Assembly: GCA_965153355.1 (NCBI GenBank)
Contig: OZ231126.1
Coordinates: 35,216,001 to 35,280,000, forward strand
Origin: Flaccisagitta enflata
Taxonomy: Eukaryota
Direction of reading: 5' to 3'
DNA length: 64,000 bases
Part shown: positions 39,968-50,349 of the stretch, piece after piece
How positions within the stretch are numbered: the stretch's first letter is position 1
Layout: each line of letters opens with the position of its first letter
Notes under the pieces: model-generated
The model's input: only the letters and a program-made list of their open reading frames with translations
Told to the model about the DNA's origin: nothing
Database searches by the model: none
Made by a program: the position numbers and the translations under genes

Positions 39968-41755
39968 CTAGGTTAATGGGCACGGTCTGAACGTAAGAGC
40001 GATTTTTACAATTGTGTCCCGCGGAAAAAGCAGGAATTCTCCATTTTCATCAAAAAGCATCACTTTGAAGGAGTTAAGATGTGTGCGTGCCTTATGTACA
40101 CGGAAAAACGGCTGGGATGGCATTTTAGAGGCTTCAATAGCAATAAACTGTGTACCAAGAGTTTTGGGTTTTAGAGATACTTTAAAAAAGCTGACCATAT
40201 CGTTCCTAGTAAAGAAAGTTTGCTCCTTCTCCATTTGTCGAGACTGTTCAGATAATATGTCACATGCAATAATCAATAATTTTGGGAAAATACGCATCGA
40301 AGCGCTAAGCCTTTGTTTGGGACTCATTATATTGTGAGCAACTCCTGTTTCATTTCTTTTCACGTCTGCCAACGAAATAGGCCCGATTGTGATTTTGTTA
40401 TAATTTTGCGTTGTGATGTCACGGCTTGAACCGAGTTTGTAAGACAAGATAGGAGAGAAAACAATAGATATATGGCTACGCTCTGCCAATTTTGTAAACT
40501 CTAAGTAAAATTTGACCTTGGTTTCGCTTATATCTAGACCTATTGCGGCAAAAGGTCGCGTAAATAGTTGAGAGTTTGAACTATTTTTCAGGCGCTCAAT
40601 TTCAATAGCGATTAAATCCCTAATTTTTTGGCCGATTTTGAACAATTCGATATTATGAGAGATAATCTCCTCAGCATATTTTTTGGACTCTCCAACAAAT
40701 ACGGTTTGAGCCTTTCCGTCTATTTGCTTTACCTCTGTAGTCGCCTTGTCTATAATTCTCAACTTTCTAAACAACCTTGATGTAATTTTACGTTTATTTT
40801 CGGTAACCTTGGCAGCGTTATTGGCGTTTGCTTCCGCCCCCCTTTTTCGTTTATTCGAATCAAGTTCTACGTCGTAATAATCACTGAGATCAATAAGGGT
40901 ATTTGGTTGTACGGCACTACCATCCTCAATGATTATACTAGAGCGATCGGCTAGCGGTAAAAAAAACTTTGAGGGCCTTAAAATCCCAGCTTCAAAATCA
41001 CTAGTCATGCTGGGTCTTAAGTATGTTACATTGTATGGAATCAATTTGGTTATTGGCCTAAGAGGCTCGGACAAGCCATTGAGATACTGGATAATTTCAA
41101 ACCTGGCAAAAAAACCGATATCCAAATATCTTAAAAGAAGCTCAAGTTCGGTTCTAGTTACATTCATAATATTTTCCCCATCTAATTTATCAAATACCCT
41201 AAAATCAAAAATTCCGTGATGGTCTAGGAATAACTCTGAATATCGCGCGATAAGAAACATATTTGATCCGTTTGAAAGGAGAGTATTGACGTGTCTGACA
41301 GCTTGATGAATGTCAGCGCTGTAGAAGTCCGATAAGTTAACCACTAGAGGTGTATTGTTTTTTATTTCCAACTTCCTTTCGCTAAATATAACATTGTCCC
41401 TTGCCAAATGTGTGGCTAATGTTACATATGTTTTTATGTTTTCATCAGGATCAGCCCGAAAAAGAAGAGGAGAGGAGTCGATCAATAGCGTGTCAACGCG
41501 AACCTGAAGGGGGGAAATGGTGGCATTGTTAAGAGCTGGGGCTATGTGTCTGTAATTAGCAGGCTGGTAAAGTATGCCACGTACCTCCACGTCGGGACTC
41601 TGAAGAAAACTGAGTTGGGCTAAATCAAGTGGCGGATTTAAGTCAACTTCGAAATTGCTACCGCTCGAAATACGTTCTGGCGGCAAGCTCATTTCAGTTT
41701 TTTCGTTAGACACATGCAGCGTGTAACATTCCGATGAATTCGCGTTGAAATTCAT
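39968..41755 (-). CDS. Minor capsid protein (penton-like) with large central insertion; probable 81-nt in-frame intron 41504-41584
   Basis: N-terminal YTLHVSN...SNFEVDLNPPLDL...EV and C-terminal FFRV...LNSFKVMLFDENG..LLF...IALTFR match the Maverick penton pattern. Confidence 0.75.
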   Translation of the reverse strand: MNFNANSSECYTLHVSNEKTEMSLPPERISSGSNFEVDLNPPLDLAQLSFLQSPDVEVRGILYQPANYRHIAPALNNATISPLQVRVDTLLIDSSPLLFRADPDENIKTYVTLATHLARDNVIFSERKLEIKNNTPLVVNLSDFYSADIHQAVRHVNTLLSNGSNMFLIARYSELFLDHHGIFDFRVFDKLDGENIMNVTRTELELLLRYLDIGFFARFEIIQYLNGLSEPLRPITKLIPYNVTYLRPSMTSDFEAGILRPSKFFLPLADRSSIIIEDGSAVQPNTLIDLSDYYDVELDSNKRKRGAEANANNAAKVTENKRKITSRLFRKLRIIDKATTEVKQIDGKAQTVFVGESKKYAEEIISHNIELFKIGQKIRDLIAIEIERLKNSSNSQLFTRPFAAIGLDISETKVKFYLEFTKLAERSHISIVFSPILSYKLGSSRDITTQNYNKITIGPISLADVKRNETGVAHNIMSPKQRLSASMRIFPKLLIIACDILSEQSRQMEKEQTFFTRNDMVSFFKVSLKPKTLGTQFIAIEASKMPSQPFFRVHKARTHLNSFKVMLFDENGEFLLFPRDTIVKIALTFRPCPLT

Positions 41756-41833
41756 GTTTGGCCTAAGTATCTGTGGTAACTAAAGATACAATACAATACA
41801 ATACAATACAGTACAATATAATCCAATAATAAA

Positions 41834-43462
41834 CTAGATAATATATTTTTTCAAATGAGAGTCATTCAAAATGTCCTGATCATAGGTAAGGATTTTGGGA
41901 CCAAAGAGTCGTTTATATAGCTTTAATGTGTTTCCATCCACAAATTGCCTGGTACCATTATTTGTTATATCATAACTCATTTCAAAAGCGTGCGCATATT
42001 TCTTTCCACTTCGGAGTTTTGATTCAACTTGTGGAATTATGTTGTTCACTACAATCACTGGTTTACTTAGGGATTTTTCCTTTATGGCTTTATTTTCATG
42101 CAAGTCATTTTCCTTTTCAATAAGAGGGTTTACTTTCATTAAGCTCCAAGCGTAAAACTTCTCATCGGTGGGCCTATTTTCCAAAATATATTGGTATGGC
42201 AAGCGCTGGGTCAAAATTTTTTTTATGACATATGTCTCTTCAGATACTTGTGGATAGAAGACAGATGATTCCTTTCGAATCAATTTTTTTGGATATCTAA
42301 TTCTAACAACATCATTTATTTTTAACTTTCTATTTTCATGAAGTGTTTGATAACGAAGAAATGCATCGCTCTGGTGTTTCTCATATGTAACCAGCGATTT
42401 CCTAAAAACTACACTTGCAGCGTAATCAAAATGTTGAACTAGATGAGGATTAAATTGAAATAGGCCTTTATGACTTTTAGAGTTAAAAGCGATTTGGGTT
42501 AAATGAATGAGATGTTCATAATTCTTTACTGTAGGGAACCGTAGTAAAAATCGAAAAAACAGCGCTTTCCAGCTTCTGATTTGTCGTTCTATAAGCGAAA
42601 CTTTCTTATGTGGCCCAGTTGACAAATACACATGCTTAAGACCCAAACGTTTTCCAAGTCCCTTTCCGAATTCGCCACCTCTGTCTGTAACGAGAGTCGT
42701 GTAATGGTTATTTGGAGCAAAAAAAGGGAGACATTCTTGAAATTTTTCATAAATTTCATCGGCGGTTGCCGTTTTGCAGACGCGGAGTTGGCAAAATCGA
42801 CTAAAACAATCGATAAGACAGAATATGATGGTTGGAGCGGCGCCTTTGGTGACCTCAGTCCTCTTGACTATGGAAATTGGCCTCAAAAAAGCCAAATCGC
42901 TGGCTATTTGATTCCCTTTTTTTTGGAAAGAAAAAAATATTGTATCACGTATTGTATTGTTTTGGGTATTGTATTGTTTTGTCATGTGTATTGTGTATTG
43001 TATTGTATCACGTATCGTATTGTATTGTATTGTATCGTGTATTGTATTGTATTGGGTTTTTTATTGTATTGTATCACAAAATGTATTGTATTGTATTGTA
43101 TTGTATTTTATGATTTGTATTTATTGTATTATACTCCAAATTTGTTTTGTATTGTTTCGTAATGTATTGTATTGTATTGTATTGTATTGTATTGTATTGT
43201 ATCGTATACCTGGCCCGTAACATTCCCACTTTCTTGTACTTTCGTAACGGCGACGGCCTCGTAATTCGCGTGCTTCCACGGAGCGGGATATATTGTAAAG
43301 ACTCGCACGATAATCCAGCACATCTTGTGAGGTCAAATTGTAATCAGCATTTGCTCTGGCATCCTCTAATATTGAAGATGTGTTTGGATGCAAAAAAATA
43401 TCTTTTTCAGAGTCGTAATATCGCGTCAATAGTCTTTGTAGGCTTGCTGTCTTTTCATCCAT
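41834..43462 (-). CDS. Retroviral-like (rve) DDE integrase, 2 exons, about 444 aa
   Basis: Exons 43462-43210 and 42915-41834 (phase 1). QIASDL (D), LIDCFSR, VTDRGGEF (D), SLIERQIRSWK (E), FNSKSHKGL, INDVVRI...SEETYVIK. Confidence 0.93.
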
Positions 43463-43511
43463 GTTAAAAATTCCCTGTGTTTATAAAAAGAAGCTTTACA
43501 GAAAACAATCC

Positions 43512-44477
43512 TCATTTGACTAGGTGGCGTATAAATTTGCAAGGGATTCGTTTTTTAGAGACTGGACAGTTTTTAAGAAAAATAGCCAAACAATGTTTTT
43601 CAGCCTTGGTAAATGGTTTGACTGTTTCATAACGATATTGCAGAAACTTAAAAAGTTTAGATCTATTGAAAGATATACAAGCCAATAAATTTGCTAGGTC
43701 CAAAGAATGTGGAGATTGCTCATTATCCTTTAAGGGAAAATACACAAAGCGTTTCTTTAAGTAAAAGCGATTTTTGGGGAGATGAATACTGCTAGTTTTT
43801 CTGTCAAAAGCACCTCTGTTTTCTACAAATTTTTGTAATGCCGAGGCGTGATTCCGCAAGTTGTCTAAAAAGATAGTATTCACCTTATTTTTCATGTAAG
43901 TTAAAACCACATTAACAGCATCCTGTATCCAAATGGCTGATGAATTTCTAGAAGTATTTTTTGACATAGATACACGACTGTCATCAGAGTTATGATTATC
44001 AAGTTGTAATACCCCTTTCAATTTAGAATTTTTCCCAGTTTTTTTCTTTTCGATAACAGTATTATCAGAGCTTGGTTCAGTTAATACCGAATTTGTGGTT
44101 TGAATTTCACTGCCACCCTTCATTACATTTGGATGGGCTGCCTCATGATCAGCCATGATTTCTCGTTCTTTTATTAATGTTGATTGTAGTTTATGTCTGT
44201 TAAAACAATCTGTTAATAAATAACTTTTCGCTTCGTCGTTGAATGATTTACTTTCAAGAATTTTAAGACATTCCTTTCGTAATTTCTCTATGTCCATTTT
44301 TGCTATGTCATTACTTTTATTAACATCACCAGCTCCTTCTTTTATATCAATATTTTTATCCTCGGTAGACTGCGTTGGTTCAGGCACGAGTTCCTTTTTA
44401 TTTTCTGTTTCACTACTTTTTGTTTGTTTGTGGAGGTGTTGAATAGCAAGCAAAACGATCGATAAAAAATCGTGTTC
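43512..44477 (-). CDS. Hypothetical protein (about 320-aa terminal exon; upstream exon unresolved)
   Basis: Long open frame directly upstream of the integrase, with an acceptor cag near 44478. Contains MKGG, a possible adenain cleavage motif. Confidence 0.6.
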   Translation of the reverse strand, partial: EHDFLSIVLLAIQHLHKQTKSSETENKKELVPEPTQSTEDKNIDIKEGAGDVNKSNDIAKMDIEKLRKECLKILESKSFNDEAKSYLLTDCFNRHKLQSTLIKEREIMADHEAAHPNVMKGGSEIQTTNSVLTEPSSDNTVIEKKKTGKNSKLKGVLQLDNHNSDDSRVSMSKNTSRNSSAIWIQDAVNVVLTYMKNKVNTIFLDNLRNHASALQKFVENRGAFDRKTSSIHLPKNRFYLKKRFVYFPLKDNEQSPHSLDLANLLACISFNRSKLFKFLQYRYETVKPFTKAEKHCLAIFLKNCPVSKKRIPCKFIRHLVK

Positions 44478-44724
44478 CTGAATGAATGAATGAATGAATT
44501 CATTTTCGACGACAAAGGAAAATTACAATATTGGGCATTGTAAAACTGTTATATATATACCTCTATAATAAATTTTCGTGTAACGTTAGTTGCAGCTGAA
44601 AGAAGATTTCTTCTTATGTTTTCTGATAAATCCGTTAGCTTCTTTTTTATGACTTCATTTTCCTTTTGGCTATCCATTTAAAACATTGGGCATTCCTGTT
44701 GTGACATGAAATAAAAATATAGTA

Positions 44725-47492
44725 TTAACTAGTTGGAGCTTTATTCAAATCATAGAAACCATATGATAGGAAATGCATGAAATCACGAATAGCTTGTGAA
44801 TTATCAATAAGTTGATCGTTAGGGGCAACAGGGGCTAAGACTCTGTAGGGGCACATCTTGGAAAGTTTTGCGTACGAGGCCATAAAACAGCCATTTTTTC
44901 GCCATCTTCTACTTCTAAATATAAGGGCAGAAGTGATTAAGGACGCATTGTCATGCTGTCGTACAAACGTGTAAGGGAATTGTTTGCGTTTAGTTGGGAC
45001 CGCAAAGACGTCTCGTGAGGCTAAAGAAATGGCTGGTTTGGTCTTAGATAGAATAAACCTTCTCCTATTTACAAAAAAAGTAGCATCAAAGATCCATGCA
45101 CTCAACTGCTCATCAGACAGATCATGAAATGATGTCGATACAAGCCATGGCTCACAAGTCTTAGAGGAATGAGCCGCTAACACTTTTTTGGCTATGTTAA
45201 GTTGGCTGGCAAGTTTGTATTTTGTAAGGAAAAAGTCTAGTTGTGATGCAATTTCTGGATAGAATATATCTTGCAAAAATTGATACCGGCTCTTGCCAAA
45301 AATTATCTCAGATGTTTTAGATAGAATATCAAATTCCAATTTTCTTGTGAGTTGCAAACGAATGATCTGTGATAAAGTTGGAAATGGGACTTCTTTGTTG
45401 ATGTCACAAAGCCTCCCTCCATCAACTGTCTCGATTTTAAACGTAAAACCCGAGCAGGCAGCCAGCGTTATGTAAAAGCGGCAATCAAACATTTCATCCT
45501 CGTTAGCGTGTTGAGATTCTACATTTTTATAATGTGGTGGTCGAATATTGTGAAAGACGGATTTGTAGCATGTATCAAGTCTCGTAGAACCGGGAAGAGA
45601 GGCAGATAGGTTAAAGGAAAGGGTGCCTTTTTGTGGATTGAAAACACAACCCATGGTTTCTGGGAGGCTGCCGGACCTCTGCGTTGCAGTACTATAATCC
45701 CTATGATAGGAAAGATAGATAAACCACTTTAGAATAAAAAGACCAACAAAAAAAGACCAACAAAATTATTTTTGAAAGAATAACAGGACAGTGTAAAGAA
45801 AAGAAAAAATTCTACCTAAGAAGATCTAGTACTCTGGAATCTGGATTAAGGCCACTTCTGAATAGGAGGTTAGTCTTTTCTTCTGTTGAAACTATTGTTG
45901 AGGACATACAATCTTCAGCCAGTTCCTCCACCCTGTTAGGTACTGGTTGTCCGGGCCCATATCTGAGAAAAGACAAGAATTGGTCATATTGGTATTGTAT
46001 TGTATTGTATTGTATTGTCGTAATAAGTATTGGGTATTGGTATTGTATTGTATTGGGTATTGGGTATTGGGTATTGTATTGGGTATTGGGTATTGGGTAT
46101 TGTATTGTATTGTTATGTTTTGTATTGGTTTAAGGATATTGTGCGCTTGGTGTATCACGGCATGTACCTGCTGCATTCGTCGCAGGGGTCAAGATTCTCG
46201 GATACACATGATTTGTCGCCCTCTTGAATTGGAATACTTTGGCACATTTCTTGACGCGAAACAAGGCTTGCCGTCTTATTTCTACTGAGCGCCAGACCAT
46301 AACTCCGCGCGAAAAGACAGCTAGACAAGTATTTGGGGTCCTTATGAAAGAGAGAGGTCGAGTAGACCTGCGCCTGGTCTGTTGACTGGCAAATGATAAA
46401 ATTGTCAGGAAAATCATATAACGGAGGAATCTGTTTTAACCCGCTGGCTTTTTCCAAATTGATGCAGGCTTCTTTTTCACATGCATCGCCAAACATAGTA
46501 TTCCAGAAATAAGGCCAGTCTTGGTTTTTCTCTCCTCTATAAGAAGTAGATGCCGTCATGTTTTTCAGCTTCTTTTCCTCAAATTTACCCATTGTAGCCA
46601 CCGATGGTGTTAAACTGATATTCAAATCGCATAAAGAGTTAGGCGGTGGAGGTTCTCGCCTTGTTCCAAGATGTTCCTCCAATTCACAGAAACGCTCAGG
46701 GCGTGGGCCCATATTTGACCTGATTTGGTTATTCAACTGTTCCTCGTTGTCGAGAACTAAGGGCTTCTCATTCAAAACATTTTCAAGTAATTTAGCTGTG
46801 ATTCTATCACGCTGCTGACGGTTTCTCTCACTAATTGGTGAGTCGCCAACAAAATCTTGCGCGGCTTGGCTCCCATTGATGCGGGTTAGCATGTCAGGAA
46901 TCGGGGGCAGTATTTGATGCTGCCAGCGTTGGACACGTCTAGGAGTTCTTGTGTGTCTCAGGGCAAAATTCACATCATAAATTTTCTGATGAATCGACGG
47001 GGCAAAGAAAGCTTCTTCGTTCCAATCACCCATGCGAATTGAGGAATAAATGTATTGCGTCGCTGCCGTGAGCTGTGAGGGTGTGGGCCAATTTCTTTTA
47101 AACCGGTCACGTTTGTTCGTTATCGCGTCCAACTCTGCCTGAAACCTAGGCGACTGATTCAGATACTCGCTATTGCTCTGGTTAAGCAAGCGACGACTGT
47201 GGTCTAATTTTAGCGCTGAGTAACTGCCAGAATGTGGGTACCAGATACCAAACTCAGCCGACGAAAACATTTGGTTTCTTATAGCGTGTTCATCAACACG
47301 AGCAGAGTTCTCTTTCCTGCTCACAGTATCCGCACTCAATTTGTAAACAGAGGGGCAATTTCGGGAATTAATTTGCCAGCTAATAATCAAATAACTAAGT
47401 CTTTGAGCCCCGGACGCGTCACGCGCCATGAGATTACGCGCAGAGACTAGATGTGGCCTTATATCTTTGTTTTGTTCGCAACCTTTAGACAT
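44725..47492 (-). CDS. Three-exon hypothetical protein, about 815 aa (start uncertain)
   Basis: Exons 47492-46168, 45962-45816 and 45700-44725 joined by phase-2 GT-AG introns into one open frame; no motif recognised. Confidence 0.7.
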
Positions 47493-48590
47493 CGAGGTCT
47501 TCAAATTATGTTTTTCTTTGCAGCAAAAGCCTGAGAGTGGAAAATCCTAATCTCAATCTGGCAAGCATTGGAATAAGCGTAAAACAGGATGGATTGACAG
47601 ATAGATAAATCGATAGACGGACTGTTTCCAAAGAGAAGGAAGGCAAGGGATGGACGGTAGGCCAGGGCGGACAAGCTCAAGGGCGGGCAAACTGTTTTTT
47701 CACACACACCTGAAAACCGCTTTTTCTCGGTTTCGCTGCAATTGCTTAGAAAACTCCATGTGTTAACTGAATTTCCTGTAAAATTTTGACTGACGTCGCC
47801 TTCCAGGTTGGATGTATGACGAGTCAGAATTGGCGTCAGAGTCCAATGATTCGCTGAAGGACAGAGGGTGTATTTCACAAAAAGCAAACCCAAGTCGTTT
47901 TATGCTTGAGTTACTAAGATATCATTTACATATCATAAAGACATCATTCAGATATCATATACAGATATCCTTTATATTTGAATTATGAAGATATCAGTTT
48001 GAAATGTCTACATATATATTATGATTATATAAAAGTGAACATATATATATATGAATATATATGGTAGTATGAGGAGTTCACTTAATGTGAAATTCACCTA
48101 AGTGAGCCTTAGTGAATCCCGGGGGACAAAAATTTAAAAAGCTAAAACCGACATCTACGAGTTCTTTTGACATATTGGGATCCGTAAAGGAAAGATTTTT
48201 TTGTTGGCCAAAAAAAAAGTCATGAATGGATTCAGCCGAAGGCACGGCGAGGGCAGCCAGATTGAATTCCAGCCCTGCGCGCGGGAGAGCCTTAGAAAGA
48301 AGAAAAAGGGAAAGCGTTAGATAGTTCCATATTCTGGGGTGTTCTTATAAAGAATTCAAGTGCATTGATAAAAAAGAAAGTGCAGTGAGAAAGAGAAAGA
48401 GAAAAAAAGAACATTGGATTCGTCTTCTTTGATCTTTTGTTTTTCCATTTTGGTCTCGTTCATGCGCAGGCGCTTAACGCCTATCGGCGGTTAGAATAGG
48501 TACTACAAGTTAGCTTTTGAACAAAAGCAACCAATCACTCTGCAGTCATTCCGCGCTACGTAAAAATGCTGCTCTTGTTGCGTTTTTGCA

Positions 48591-48930
48591 AATGCCAAAC
48601 ATGTTTTTGCGGCTCTACTATCGAAACTTATTAAGCGCAACATAGTGAAATACAAAGCTACAGGCATGCAACTCTACAATCGAGGCTTCTTCGTCCGTCG
48701 GTCTGCTTCGTCGGTCGGTCGGTCCGTCGGTCCGTCGATCGGTCCGTCGGTCCGTCGGTTGGTCCGTCTCTCGTTTGTGCCAAACATGTTTTTGCGGCTC
48801 TACAGGCATGCAACTCTACAATCGAGGCTTCTTCGTCCGTCGGTCTGCTTCGTCGGTCGGTCGGTCCGTCAGTCGGTCGGTCGGTCGGTCGGTCGGTCCG
48901 GTCCGTTGGTTGGTCCGTCTCTCGTCTGTG
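48591..48930. repeat. Local duplication containing SINE-like (gtcg/gtcc)n repeats
   Basis: ctacaggcatgcaactctacaatcgaggcttcttcgtccgtcggtctgc occurs at about 48658 and 48800. Confidence 0.7.
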
Positions 48931-49216
48931 CCTTTTTTGTGTGTTTTTTGTGTGCCCATTTATCCAAAATTGATATATTGCGGCCTCGACTGATTGTTTA
49001 TATTTGGTATCGAGTCTGGTGTTAAGGTGTTTATTTTCTTTAGTCCCTTCCCCTCCTTTCGTTTTCATTCCCAGATTTCAAACCGGAATGTAAATCGGTG
49101 GTCTTTCATCGCGATCCTAACACTAACACTAGACCCTCCGCCCGGGTATTTTGTTTAAAGATTATTTGTTATTTCAAAGAAATCATCCTGTTTTTGTAAA
49201 GTGTTCGTTTTCCGTG

Positions 49217-49404
<188 letters not shown>

Positions 49405-49493
49405 TTTCTCTCTCTTCTCTCTCTATATCTATCTCTCTGTTTTCTCTTTTCGTTTTTATTTTTCTTTCTTCTTTCTTTTTTTTCATTCTTCTA

Positions 49494-49618
<125 letters not shown>

Positions 49619-49961
49619 CTTTTTTTTTCGCGTCTTCCATTGCCGGTTTAATTCCTAATTTTTCCCATCCCAAAGTTCCGATACGAACTTCAATCGTTTA
49701 ATTCTCTAATCGCGGTGAAATTTTTAGCTATTCGTTAATTGTAGATATTATTCTTATCACTTCATTCTAAAAATCGATGATGCCACCGTGAGAAACTCGC
49801 CCGTGAGAAATGAGAATGTATCTACTTCCTGGCATGGCCGGTCATCTTTGTTTATCGATACTCGTCTTTTCACCCATCATTTTCTTCCATCGGGGAGAAA
49901 ATTCTCATCCCTCGGATTATTCCATTCATTGATTTTTTGACCTGTCCGTCTTCCGTCGAAT

Positions 49962-50024
<63 letters not shown>

Positions 50025-50349
50025 TTTTCTTCTTCTCTTTGCATTTATCTCTCTCCCTTTTATCGACGGTATCATGAGATATAAAAGCTCTAACCAATTT
50101 CTTTCCTTCACATTTACAGGTTACAATTTAAGAAACCAAAATGCCAATTGACTACGATCTGGAAATTCTGCTTTTCCAATTTTTTCTATCTCTCTTCATC
50201 ATCGTCCACCAATTAATCATCTACAAATTGTTTCTAGAGGCTTTAGCATCTTTAACATGAGCTTCCTCAAATCGTGAAGATCGTGAAAAATCGTGAAAAT
50301 CGTGAAAATCGTGAAAATCGTGAAAATCGTGAAAAAAAAACTTTGCATC

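Noticed and set aside
44560-44700. Possible upstream exon resembling a small conserved Maverick protein (NVLNG...FIRKHKKK)
   Set aside because: That frame has three stop codons; similarity too weak to call.
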